From an uncultured Verrucomicrobiae bacterium (GTDB taxonomy: Bacteria > Verrucomicrobiota > Verrucomicrobiia > Chthoniobacterales > JAFAMB01): a stretch of DNA of 64,000 bases. Positions 28,007 through 37,680 of the stretch are shown here, piece after piece; the stretch's first letter is position 1; each line of letters begins with the position of its first letter. The notes beneath the pieces are model-generated. The model worked only from the letters and a program-made list of their open reading frames with translations, made no database searches and was not told where the DNA came from. Made by a program: the position numbers and the translations under genes. The stretch spans positions 4,352,001 through 4,416,000 of the forward strand of contig CAWIPH010000002.1 in assembly GCA_963837955.1 (NCBI GenBank). The letters run 5' to 3'.

Positions 28007-30811
28007 ATGCCAATCCGCAAATCCGTCAGTGCCGCCAGCCAGCGTGTAGCACGACAATCCGCCTTAAAACTCTTTACCGATCGAAACCATGAGCGGGAGC
28101 TTCTGCGCCATTTCTTCGAACGATTGGCTAGGGTCCACTGGGTGCACGACGTACGGCCCCAAAAGCCAATCCTGAGTATTTGGGGAGTCGGTGGGATCGG
28201 CAAAACTAAACTGTTGGAGAAAGCCACAGAAGAACTTGGCCAGAGGCTTGCCGGGCTACGGTTGATTGCTCTCGATCTGGATCATGACCGTTGGACACCA
28301 TCTTCCTCTGTGGCCGAGTTCTTCTGGCATTTGCGTTCTAGGCTATGGGAGGCGAAGCCGCGCGGCGTAGGAGGCGGAGCCGGCATTGAAACACCGCTTT
28401 TCGATTATCTCTATTTCGTTCTCTGGCGAGCGCAGCATCCAGGTGAGAATTTTGCTTTGAGTGACAGCGTGTTAAAGGATCTCCTAAGCACTTCCACGCT
28501 AGGCACCACGATCCTCGCCGAAGCATCCGCGAGGCTTGCTGCGGGAGTTTACGATGTCGCTACTGCAGGTTCTGCCGTAGGTGGTCTGTTTCAGTTGCTC
28601 GGTAAAGCCCTGACTTACTTGCGCAACCGAGATCGCAAGGGCTTGTTGAATAAACGCGGACTAAACCCTGAGTCCATGACCGAAAAGGACATGGAGGCGG
28701 AATTGGCGCCCGTCTTAGCTGCGGATGTCGAGCAATGGCTGGAGGACCATCCCAATGACGCGCTCTGCGTCGCGATCGACGGTTTTGAACGCATTCAATC
28801 AACCACTCTAGCAGAGGACATCCAAAAATATTTGGCCGACTGGTGCGGGATACTGACGGATCCCGACGGGGCGTTCTCCGGACGCTTTGGCTGCGTGTTG
28901 CTCGGGCGAAATAAGAACCGTTGGGATGAGCTTTACGACACGGAATGGCAGACGCGAATCAGTGAACACTGCGTTGGCGGACTCGGAAAAGAAGACGCGC
29001 TGAGATTTCTAGAATCGGCAGCGACTTATCATAAAGAACGCGGAGATCTGACTACGGCCGACAATTTGCGAAAACATGCGGATGCGATCCTTGCGGTCAC
29101 TCGCGAGCAGCGTAGCCAAGACAAACAGTCGTCATTCCACCCTTATTACCTCGACCTCGCCTATGGCATTGTCTATGAGCAGGGAGTTCTCTTCCAACCC
29201 GCTGACTTAGGCCAAACGCCGGCCGAACTGCAAATCCGCTTTCTTCGCTATCTACAATCAGGGCAGCGAGGGGTGTTCGAAACCTTTCGTTGCCTGGCAC
29301 TAGCTGGCAGCTTCGATGAAGCGCTTTTCGATCATCTTGTTGAGATACGCTTGATTCCAGCCGGCTTCCATTTCGCGGCCCTCACCGGAGACGATTACTC
29401 TTACGTGGAGGAAATTCGCGATCTTCCCGGAACTTTCCGGTTCCATCGATTGATGGAACTCGCCCTCATTAAAAACCAGTCAGCCAAGGCAGAGGATCGG
29501 CCCGTGGCTCGCGAGCGTATTGGTGTGATCTTGGACTATTACAAAAAAAACGCCGGGTTTTCGAAACTCGCCGAGTGTTCTGCGCGGCATCTCAGTGCAT
29601 ACCAGAAAGGGATGACGATAGCGTTCGACAGGCATCATGACCGTTTATTAGACTTTCCGTCTTTGGATGCGTTCTTCCTCGTACTGGAAGAGCCATTTGA
29701 TTTCACGGCCTTCGTCAGTGCGCGAATCGATTGGTGGCGCAAGCTGGCTGATCTGTGGAAGCGCCATCAGCCAGAGGGTGAGCGGTCGCTAGACACCTTG
29801 TCTGGTCTTGTCGCAATGCTCCATGCCCAAGGCCGGTATGGAGAAGCGGAAGATGTGGAACGTCAGATCCTTCAAAGCTCTGAGCGCGTGCTTGGGTCCG
29901 ACCACCCGGACACTCTGTCGTCGATGAACAACCTAGCTCTGACGCTGTACGCGCAAGGGGATCTGGCCAGGGCATACGAACTCCAGGAGCAGGTGCTCGA
30001 GGCCATGGATCGGCTGCTGGGTAAGGAGCACCCGGACACACTGACGTCGATGAACAACCTGGCCCAGACGTTGAAAGCTCAAGGAGATCTGGCCAGGGCA
30101 CACGAGCTCGAGGAGCAGGTGCTCGAGGCCAGGGCTCGGCTGCAGGGTAAGGAGCACCCGGACACACTGATGTCGATGAACAACCTGGCTCAGACGCTGA
30201 AAGCTCAAGGAGATCTGGCTAGGGCACACGAGCTCCAGGAGCAGGTGCTCGAGGCCAGGGCTCGGCTGCTGGGTAAGGAGCACCCGGACACACTAACGTC
30301 GATGAACAACCTGGCCCAGACGCTGAAAGCTCAAGGAGATCTGGGCAGGGCACACGAGCTCCAGGAACAGGTGGTCGAGGCAATGGCTCGGCTACTGGGT
30401 AAGGAGCACCCGAACACACTGACGTCGATCAACAACCTGGCCCAGACGCTGTACGCACAAGGAGATCTGGCCGGGGCACGCAAGCTCCAGGAGCAGGTGC
30501 TCGAGGCCAGAGCTCGGCTGCTGGGTAAGGAGCACCCGAACACACTGACGTCGATCAACAACCTGGCCCAGACGTTGTACGCACAAGGAGATCTGGCCGG
30601 GGCACGCAAGCTCCAGGAGCAAGTGCTCGAAACCATGACTCGGCTGTTGGGTAAGGAGCACCCGAACACACTGACGTCGATGCTCAACCTGGCCCAGATG
30701 CTGCAAGCGGAAGGAGATTTGGCCGGGGCCGAGCGGCTCTACCGACTGGCGCTGGAAGGTCGCAAACGCGTGCTTGGGGCTGACCACCCGGACACACTCA
30801 CCGAGCCTTAA
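28007..30811 (+). CDS. STAND/AAA-type P-loop ATPase with C-terminal kinesin-light-chain-like TPR repeats (NLR-like architecture)
   Basis: FTDR..ERELL, Walker A GVGGIGKT, Walker B-like VAIDGFE, FRFHRLM, then 42-aa HP(D/N)TLTSMNNLA repeats. Confidence 0.88.
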   Translation: MPIRKSVSAASQRVARQSALKLFTDRNHERELLRHFFERLARVHWVHDVRPQKPILSIWGVGGIGKTKLLEKATEELGQRLAGLRLIALDLDHDRWTPSSSVAEFFWHLRSRLWEAKPRGVGGGAGIETPLFDYLYFVLWRAQHPGENFALSDSVLKDLLSTSTLGTTILAEASARLAAGVYDVATAGSAVGGLFQLLGKALTYLRNRDRKGLLNKRGLNPESMTEKDMEAELAPVLAADVEQWLEDHPNDALCVAIDGFERIQSTTLAEDIQKYLADWCGILTDPDGAFSGRFGCVLLGRNKNRWDELYDTEWQTRISEHCVGGLGKEDALRFLESAATYHKERGDLTTADNLRKHADAILAVTREQRSQDKQSSFHPYYLDLAYGIVYEQGVLFQPADLGQTPAELQIRFLRYLQSGQRGVFETFRCLALAGSFDEALFDHLVEIRLIPAGFHFAALTGDDYSYVEEIRDLPGTFRFHRLMELALIKNQSAKAEDRPVARERIGVILDYYKKNAGFSKLAECSARHLSAYQKGMTIAFDRHHDRLLDFPSLDAFFLVLEEPFDFTAFVSARIDWWRKLADLWKRHQPEGERSLDTLSGLVAMLHAQGRYGEAEDVERQILQSSERVLGSDHPDTLSSMNNLALTLYAQGDLARAYELQEQVLEAMDRLLGKEHPDTLTSMNNLAQTLKAQGDLARAHELEEQVLEARARLQGKEHPDTLMSMNNLAQTLKAQGDLARAHELQEQVLEARARLLGKEHPDTLTSMNNLAQTLKAQGDLGRAHELQEQVVEAMARLLGKEHPNTLTSINNLAQTLYAQGDLAGARKLQEQVLEARARLLGKEHPNTLTSINNLAQTLYAQGDLAGARKLQEQVLETMTRLLGKEHPNTLTSMLNLAQMLQAEGDLAGAERLYRLALEGRKRVLGADHPDTLTEP
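29903..30800 (+). repeat. 126-bp coding tandem repeats (TPR units)
   Basis: cacccg(g/a)acac anchors at 29903, 30029, 30155, 30281, 30407, 30533, 30659 and 30785. Confidence 0.95.
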
Positions 30812-30907
30812 CAACCTGGCGAAACTTTACCGTGCCAAAGGTTAATACGCGAACGCTGAGCCCTTTTACCAGCGGAAGCTGGCGATCCCCATCGACGTAT
30901 GAAGCCT

Positions 30908-31498
30908 TTAGCCGGTTTTTCCGAACCAACCCTTGGTTTGTGCTAACAAAAGAAGGATGATGGTTTTTGCATCTTGGATGCGTCCATCATCGATCCACCC
31001 AAGAGCTTCTTCCAGCCTAAGCTCAACCACCTCGATATCCTCACCTTCGTCTGGATTCCCGGCGATTTTGCTGGTTGGCAAATCGTAGTCGGCAACGAAG
31101 AAAAAGAGTTTTTCCGTAACCGACCCCGGGCTCATATAGGTCTCAATAACCTTATGCACTTCTCCCACCTTTACGCCGAGCTCCTCCTCCGCTTCACGGC
31201 GAATCGCCAATTCGGGCGACTCATTGTCCAGGAGTCCGGCACACGTTTCCACTAACATTCCATCCGGCAAACCGTTAGCGTAGGCGGGGAAACGAAATTG
31301 TCGAGTGAGCAGCACGGTCCCACGCTGCCGATTGATCAAAAGAATCGTTGCTCCATTCCCGCGATCGTACGTCTCTCGAGCTAAAGTCTTCCACGAGCCG
31401 TCCCTCATCTGATATTCGAACGTGGTCTTTTTGAGTACGTACCAATCGTCTGACAACGTTTTAACTTCGCGAATTTTGACCCGGTGATCGTCTCTCAT
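30908..31498 (-). CDS. nudK: GDP-mannose pyrophosphatase NudK (Nudix hydrolase)
   Basis: LSDDWYVLKK, RETYDRGNGA, Nudix box AGLLD...AIRREAEEELG, IQDAKTI. Confidence 0.88.
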   Translation of the reverse strand: MRDDHRVKIREVKTLSDDWYVLKKTTFEYQMRDGSWKTLARETYDRGNGATILLINRQRGTVLLTRQFRFPAYANGLPDGMLVETCAGLLDNESPELAIRREAEEELGVKVGEVHKVIETYMSPGSVTEKLFFFVADYDLPTSKIAGNPDEGEDIEVVELRLEEALGWIDDGRIQDAKTIILLLLAQTKGWFGKTG

Positions 31499-31500
31499 CG

Positions 31501-31884
31501 CTAGCTGGTCGCGGGGTTTACTTCGGAAACGGCGAGATAGACCGGCTTGCCAGCGGAACGCGCTAAGCTCACCATTTCATCAGCTCCCACGGACGGACCC
31601 CCAATCCTCAGCACTGCGTCGACGCAGGCCACCAGCCGACGGCCGACGGGATGAAAGATTTCGTTCCAGGTCGCATCACCCATAGTCTTAGAACCGGCGA
31701 TCTCGATCAGCGGGAGAGCGATCGCCTCTCCCGTAATTGGCAGATGCCCCATCCGGAATATTTCCAGAGCTGCTTCGTTCATGCGTCGATAGTTCGCATC
31801 AATGAGTAAGGGATCATCATTGGTGTTGGACCGATATGGTCCCGCGATCAGGATTGCCTGTGGTCGATTGGGTAAGTTGAGCAT
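31501..31884 (-). CDS. DUF4406-like / nucleoside-deoxyribosyltransferase-fold protein
   Basis: ILIAGPYRS and DAVLRIGGPSVGADEMV motifs; co-oriented directly upstream of nudK. Confidence 0.7.
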   Translation of the reverse strand: MLNLPNRPQAILIAGPYRSNTNDDPLLIDANYRRMNEAALEIFRMGHLPITGEAIALPLIEIAGSKTMGDATWNEIFHPVGRRLVACVDAVLRIGGPSVGADEMVSLARSAGKPVYLAVSEVNPATS

Positions 31885-31950
31885 GTTTGTTGAGATGCAC
31901 TTTGCAACACCCAGGATACGAGTTCTTCCGGCGAAATCGGTAACGATTTA

Positions 31951-32931
31951 TTGTCAGGGCTGCCATCATCCGCAATGATGGCAGGCGTGAATCCGAGAGT
32001 CCTTCCTGATCTACTCATATTTCTCGAGGTTGCGCGATTGGGCAGCATCTCGAAAGCTGCCCGCCGGCTGCATACGGTTCAGACAAATGTGTCGGCGCGG
32101 ATGCAAAAACTGGAAGCGACCTTAGGTAGCAGGCTATTGACTCGCACCAGTCGAGGAATCCATCTGACAGCGGCCGGCGAGGCTTTATTGCCGGTCGCGC
32201 GGCGTTTAGCGTCATTGCTTGGCGAGCTCGGACAAATCTTCCCAAAATCTACAATCCGGCATTCTGGACTCTTGCGCGTCGGAAGTTTGGAGACATTTGC
32301 CGCAACCCACCTGGCTGGGCTGATCGCGAGTTGCCAAGCAAACGATCCACGCGCCGAGTTTACGATCACCTCGGGAAGCTCGCGTTCCCTCGCCCAGATG
32401 TTGCAGGAAGATCAGCTTGATGTCGCGTTTGTTTCTTACCCGGCCTCAGCGGACACCCTTCGAACAGAGCTCACCATTAAGGAAGAACTCGTGTTACTTA
32501 CTCCCCGAAAGGGCGGGAGCAATCTTCACCCGAAGCATCAGCTCGCGCTTAGCGATTTGCCCTTGATCGTTCAGCGTCAGGCGTGCTCGTACTCAGAACG
32601 ATTTCTTTCCTACACGAGGGAACACGATCGGCGAGTCCGACGTATAATCGAGGCGGGTTCTATCGAAACGCTTCTGGGTCTTGTCGAGCAAGGTCTTGGC
32701 GTTGCCGTTGCACCACGAAGCCTGGTAAGTGGCTCTACTCGGCGAGTCAGAACCATTCCGTTAAACGCTTTGGGAGCCCAGCGTTGGGTAAACATTCACC
32801 TGGTAAGCAGCCAAGTCCGATCGAACCAGTTTCTCAGCCGCTTCGTGGATCATTGCCGAGAGCGCTTCGCAGGAGGAGAAAAACCACTCCGACAGCGCTC
32901 TTTGCGGCCGAAGCAAAACGGCACGGCTTAA
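31951..32931 (+). CDS. LysR family transcriptional regulator
   Basis: GSISKAARRLHTVQTNVSARMQKLE...LTAAGE. Confidence 0.92.
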   Translation: MSGLPSSAMMAGVNPRVLPDLLIFLEVARLGSISKAARRLHTVQTNVSARMQKLEATLGSRLLTRTSRGIHLTAAGEALLPVARRLASLLGELGQIFPKSTIRHSGLLRVGSLETFAATHLAGLIASCQANDPRAEFTITSGSSRSLAQMLQEDQLDVAFVSYPASADTLRTELTIKEELVLLTPRKGGSNLHPKHQLALSDLPLIVQRQACSYSERFLSYTREHDRRVRRIIEAGSIETLLGLVEQGLGVAVAPRSLVSGSTRRVRTIPLNALGAQRWVNIHLVSSQVRSNQFLSRFVDHCRERFAGGEKPLRQRSLRPKQNGTA

Positions 32932-32948
32932 CCCGCACAGACTAATCG

Positions 32949-32982
32949 CCCGGAGACCGATCCGTAAGATCGGCCTCCCGGG
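32949..32982. terminator. Hairpin between the convergent lysR and TonB receptor genes
   Basis: ggagaccgatc-cgtaa-gatcggcctcc. Confidence 0.55.
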
Positions 32983-32992
32983 ACAGGGATAG

Positions 32993-35716
32993 TTAGAACG
33001 TGATCTTCAGACCACCGGAAAAGGTTGGTCCGTAGTACTCATTCTGAAGAGGGTGACTAGCGTCTCCGGCATAGAACCGAAGCGGTCCATTGTTCAAGTT
33101 ATTACCTTCAACATAGACGGTGATATTCTTGTCGATGGCATACTGGACTTTGGCGTCCACTTGGAGGTAACCATCGAAATAAGTATCGGCAGATGCGGGT
33201 ACAGTTCCCGTTGACAGCGTTCGAGCCGGGGCTCCAACGGCCAGCAAGTTATGTCCGGTGAAACTCGCACCGACATAGACCGTCCAATTATATTTCTGAT
33301 AGAAAAGACCCGCATTCCAGATGACACCGGCTTGACTGGGTAAGCTCGTTTCCGGCCTTCCCGGGTGAGTCTGGCCCCACGAGAAAATACGAGAGAAACT
33401 GCCTCTTATCCCCAAACCATCCAGCGGACAGGGCAGAAACCGGAACTGTTGTTCGTACTGCAACTCTATGCCGTAAATCCGGGCATGGTTGATCGATGAA
33501 AAAGAGACGTTAGCGCCACCAGCCGAATTGATAAAGTAATCCTGGACAATGTAGTCGCTAATTTCTTTGTCAAAACCAGAAATGCTCACAATAGCTCCCG
33601 GCGCCGGATAATATTCGATGGAAGCATCAAAATTATGCGATCGCGTCGCCGGCAGATTTCCATTCCCGAATGTCTGGCTGGCAGTTCCTTCTGTGCCGGG
33701 AATCGTCGCTTGGAGATCACCGTTCTCAATCGCCGGAACGCCTTGCTGGAAAGTTGGCCGAGAGATGGACTTAGAATAGCCCAAACGCAACACCAGGTTG
33801 GGACTGACATCGTACTTGAGTTGCAGGTTGGGTAGAACGTTTACATAGTCTTTGCCGCCGTTAGCGGGAAAGGTTCCTACGAGAGTGTTAGTCGCGTCAA
33901 AAATTCCCTGATTAAAACTGTAGGAAAAATTCGTCCCCTCGACCCGCACTCCACCCACGACAGTTAGTTTATCGAATGTGACCGTATACATTCCGTAGCC
34001 GGCGTATACATTCTCATCCGCCGACCAGGTTCCGATAGCGTTTGGCACCGTTTCATTTATTGCCGTCGAATATTGAGGGTTATGAGCCAGAATCGACTCG
34101 ATGTTATTGGATATCTGCGGCCCCAGACGATACTTGTGCGAATAGATAGTCGCGAAATTATCGCTCAGCACTTGATCTAGAAACAAAGAATTACTGGTGC
34201 CGCTCGGATCGTTGGCGTTGCGTCCGGAATAAGTTTGGTCAAAGCTCCGATTCCGTAGTCGCGCGCTGGCTCCAAATTGAAGGAGGCCAGGATTACTCCC
34301 GATCGCTAAGGGAATCTTAATGTTGCCTTGAACAGCGAAAATACCATCGCTCGAAGAGAAACTTTGGTTGACCGAACTGGTGAAGGTATAATTATGCGGA
34401 TTGTTTTGACCAAACAGATTGTTCAAACTGATGGTCGGCCAATCTCCTTGGTGTCCTTGGTTGTTATAACCCACTGTTCCGGTAATCGTTCCCGGTATAC
34501 TACTGAAGTTGTAGATGTTGTAGTAGGGCTGATCTTGACTGGCTTGGGAATAGGATACCTTGTAGTCGAGGCCGATATCACAGATCTTATGTTCGCCCCC
34601 TACAATCACGGTGAAGAACCGATTTTCCTGCAACGTATTCTCCATATCCTTTTTCACCGAGACATTCCCAGGAGTCGTGACAAAACCCCCGCCCGGAATG
34701 AGATTGGCTGGGGTCGTCGCGTCCAGACCGCTGTAGACCGTTTCAAAACGCGGTTGACGATATTCGTCATAGCCGCCGTAGACGAAATTCAGATAGAATC
34801 GATTGTTCGCATCCAGCTTTAAATCGATATTGGTTCCAACGCCGGCTCGGCGGCGTTCATAGGTATAGAACCGAAGATTATAGGAACTGATGGATTTGTC
34901 GTTGATGGCCGTGCCTGGCGTCGAGTAGCTTTCTTCCAAGTCATCGATCCCGAACTGCTTCCAATCGAACAAGCCCGCCACTAGAATCCCGAGTTTGGCT
35001 TCCGGCCCGATACAGAAAGTATCTGCAAGAATGAAGCTTCCATATGCGCTGGGCCTGTACCGGAGAGTATTATACCCGCCCTCGAGAGTAGTCTCAGAAT
35101 AGAACCCCTTGTAATCAAATGCGCTTTTGGGCTCGAGGTTAAGCTGACCGCCAATCCCTTGGCCGTCCATGTTGGGAAGGAGCGTTTTGATAACATCGAT
35201 ATTTGAGACCAAGTCAGCTGGCACAGAATCCAAGGGGACAGCCCGGAATCCGGGGAAATAAGAAGGAAGAACAACCCCGTTGTAGGTGATGATATTCAAA
35301 TTCGCGTCCGTGCCTCGGATCTGGGCGAAGCGAGGTTCGCTGGTATCATGCTGGACGGAAACTCCAGGAAGCTGCTGCACGGCTTGCCCGATGGTTTTCA
35401 CCGGTGTCTGCTGAATGTTCTGGTACGACAGGATATCGATTTCGTTTGACGAATCATGCTGCTCATCGAAGGCCGAAGCTTGATCAAGGCGAGGTGCAGT
35501 GGTGGCGGTTACGACCACCGTGGGAAGCTGAGATTGGTCCGTCGCGTTCTTTTTGGCGCCTGGAGACGGCTGGCCAGCGGCCACATCCGTGCCCGGACCG
35601 GAGTCGGGGGGAGGATCAGCCGCTTGAGCTACGGATCCATGTAGACCTATTAGCGCCACCATAGCAGCAAGAAATACCCTGCTGCCACCGACTAAACTTT
35701 CACAAATTGTAGTCAT
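32993..35716 (-). CDS. TonB-dependent receptor
   Basis: Signal peptide, VVVTA TonB box, plug region (LPGVSV...IRG...IDVIK), beta-barrel, terminal Phe. Confidence 0.92.
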   Translation of the reverse strand: MTTICESLVGGSRVFLAAMVALIGLHGSVAQAADPPPDSGPGTDVAAGQPSPGAKKNATDQSQLPTVVVTATTAPRLDQASAFDEQHDSSNEIDILSYQNIQQTPVKTIGQAVQQLPGVSVQHDTSEPRFAQIRGTDANLNIITYNGVVLPSYFPGFRAVPLDSVPADLVSNIDVIKTLLPNMDGQGIGGQLNLEPKSAFDYKGFYSETTLEGGYNTLRYRPSAYGSFILADTFCIGPEAKLGILVAGLFDWKQFGIDDLEESYSTPGTAINDKSISSYNLRFYTYERRRAGVGTNIDLKLDANNRFYLNFVYGGYDEYRQPRFETVYSGLDATTPANLIPGGGFVTTPGNVSVKKDMENTLQENRFFTVIVGGEHKICDIGLDYKVSYSQASQDQPYYNIYNFSSIPGTITGTVGYNNQGHQGDWPTISLNNLFGQNNPHNYTFTSSVNQSFSSSDGIFAVQGNIKIPLAIGSNPGLLQFGASARLRNRSFDQTYSGRNANDPSGTSNSLFLDQVLSDNFATIYSHKYRLGPQISNNIESILAHNPQYSTAINETVPNAIGTWSADENVYAGYGMYTVTFDKLTVVGGVRVEGTNFSYSFNQGIFDATNTLVGTFPANGGKDYVNVLPNLQLKYDVSPNLVLRLGYSKSISRPTFQQGVPAIENGDLQATIPGTEGTASQTFGNGNLPATRSHNFDASIEYYPAPGAIVSISGFDKEISDYIVQDYFINSAGGANVSFSSINHARIYGIELQYEQQFRFLPCPLDGLGIRGSFSRIFSWGQTHPGRPETSLPSQAGVIWNAGLFYQKYNWTVYVGASFTGHNLLAVGAPARTLSTGTVPASADTYFDGYLQVDAKVQYAIDKNITVYVEGNNLNNGPLRFYAGDASHPLQNEYYGPTFSGGLKITF

Positions 35717-35862
35717 TTCTTTCCCTGGTTGAGTCGGCTAGGTGTAGGTACGGTGTGTGTCGTTTTGATGACTGTTCTGCAACAATCTGGGTACATCGCA
35801 ACCTTGAGAACGCGTTCTGCACGATTTTCCGCCTTCTCTCCAACAGCCAGTGATACAGAAAG

Positions 35863-35930
35863 AGTAGCCTGATGCTCCGCCTCAGGAATCCAAGGCGCGC
35901 CAATCTCCTGAGGCGGAGCATCAGGCTACT
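35863..35930. repeat. Perfect 25-bp inverted repeat; GTAG-type REP doublet (REPIN-like)
   Basis: agtagcctgatgctccgcctcagga, 18-nt loop, tcctgaggcggagcatcaggctact. Confidence 0.85.
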
Positions 35931-36030
35931 GCCAATAGACGGAAAGGATCCGGGGCATTAACCTCGAAACACTTCGATCTGAACCAAGGCTCAGCCCCGT
36001 TAAACGGTCAGTCGAAACGCCTCTTCCGGG

Positions 36031-36828
36031 CTAAACTGCAGCGACGACCGGATTCGTCAGCGTGCCGATCTTCTCCAAAGAGATCGACACGGTGTCCCCC
36101 GGCCGCAAATAGCGGGGTGGCTTGGCCGCCATGCCGACTCCATGCGGTGTCCCTGTAAGAATCACTGTTCCCGGGATCAGTGTAGTACTTTGGCTGAGAA
36201 ATGAAATGAGCGCCGGAACATCGAAGATCATGTCGTTGGTATTCCAATCCTGCACGATGTTACTGTTCAAAATAGTCTGAATTTTGAGCGCATTCGGGTT
36301 GGGAATTTCGTCGGCCGTAACGATGACAGGACCGAGCGGGCAGAAAGTATCGAAACTCTTGCCGCGGCACCATTGCCCCCCACCCCATTTCAATTGCCAA
36401 TCTCGAGCACTGACATCGTTCGCGCAGGTATAACCGAACACATAGTCGAGCGATTTTTCCGGCGGAACGTTCTTACAATTCTTGCCAATCACGACGGCCA
36501 ATTCACATTCGTAGTCGACTTCCTGACTGGAACTGGGGATCTCAATCGGATCTCCTGGATTCTGCAAACTGTTCAGTAATTTGATGAAAACAATCGGCCG
36601 TTCCGGGATCTTAGCCCCGCTTTCTTCAGCATGCCGCCGGTAGTTAAGCCCGATACCAATAAGGCTTGTCGGAGCGATGGGTGCGAGTCTCCTTTTCACT
36701 TCGGCGGTCTTCCCGGTCGGCTCAGGAGCGACGAAAAGATCGCCAGTGAGCTCCATTACTTTGCCGTTCGGTTCTTCGCTACCGTAAAGGAATGCGCCGG
36801 AAGGATCCTCGTATCGAATGATTTTCAT
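36031..36828 (-). CDS. Fumarylacetoacetate hydrolase family protein
   Basis: IGLNYRRH, VDYECEL, NDVSARDWQ, GKSFDTFCPLGP and ILTGTPHGVG motifs. Confidence 0.93.
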   Translation of the reverse strand: MKIIRYEDPSGAFLYGSEEPNGKVMELTGDLFVAPEPTGKTAEVKRRLAPIAPTSLIGIGLNYRRHAEESGAKIPERPIVFIKLLNSLQNPGDPIEIPSSSQEVDYECELAVVIGKNCKNVPPEKSLDYVFGYTCANDVSARDWQLKWGGGQWCRGKSFDTFCPLGPVIVTADEIPNPNALKIQTILNSNIVQDWNTNDMIFDVPALISFLSQSTTLIPGTVILTGTPHGVGMAAKPPRYLRPGDTVSISLEKIGTLTNPVVAAV

Positions 36829-37281
36829 GAGTTCGTTTGGCAGACGGTATTCAACTCCTGCTCGGCGTCGACGACGATTGCATTTGCCGGACAGCCTAGG
36901 CGCGAAGGCGTATTTTCATGGCGGTTCGCCGCTAATTGCCACGGAGGGCTCTTTTCCGGTGATCGTCGGATATCGGAACGCACGATTATATCGGTAGCCG
37001 AAATTAATTTTCACTGATTATATTCGGCGCAAGCTTTTCAAAGTAGGAGCTTTGCGAATCAGAATTTCTTCCGCGCTGTATTCGCATCAGCGCGAACTTT
37101 GGCTTCATTTTAACGGAAACGAAGGCAAGGCATCTCATCGCCGCGAAGTTTCCCAACCAATTGGGTAGCGTTATTTCAATTTTGATCGTCCGATCGCAAA
37201 TCCAAGCGGTCAACCTCGTCTCATTTTCGCTCTTTTTCGAGAAATTGACCTTTCAATGCAGTGTGTTTAAACGGGTCGGCC

Positions 37282-37659
37282 ATGACCTGCTTGTACACAA
37301 ATTTACGAGGGGCGTTGGGCTGGTCAGCCTTCACGCTCATCATTTTGTCGGGTCTGACCACAGGACGGGCAGAACCTGTTAACGATTGTCTAATAGTTGC
37401 CGCGAAGGCGCAGTCCGAGCTTCGGGCCAACACTTGGAATCGTCTGTTAGTCGTCCATTATGAAAAACGCGGGCTGCAACATGTCTACCTCGTTTACGCC
37501 GAACCGTCGGGGATTGTCAGCTTTGACAGCATTCATGGCACGCAGCACTTCCACGTTGAAGAACGCGAGGCATCTGTCCTTGCTCGCACCGTCGATCCTT
37601 TCGCTGCCTGGGGATGGTACGTGGAGGAAAATGTCCACAATCGCATCGTGCAACACTAG
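37282..37659 (+). CDS. Small exported protein with a possible Cys-His-Asp (transglutaminase/papain-like) triad
   Basis: Signal-like N-terminus; NDCL...HVYLVY...SFD. Confidence 0.55.
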   Translation: MTCLYTNLRGALGWSAFTLIILSGLTTGRAEPVNDCLIVAAKAQSELRANTWNRLLVVHYEKRGLQHVYLVYAEPSGIVSFDSIHGTQHFHVEEREASVLARTVDPFAAWGWYVEENVHNRIVQH

Positions 37660-37680
37660 AGAATCGGGGGCACGTCGACT

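Noticed and set aside
29903..30800. Regular repeats as a CRISPR array or DGR template/variable pair
   Set aside because: They are contiguous 126-bp in-frame TPR units with no unique spacers, and there is no cas or reverse transcriptase gene in the window.
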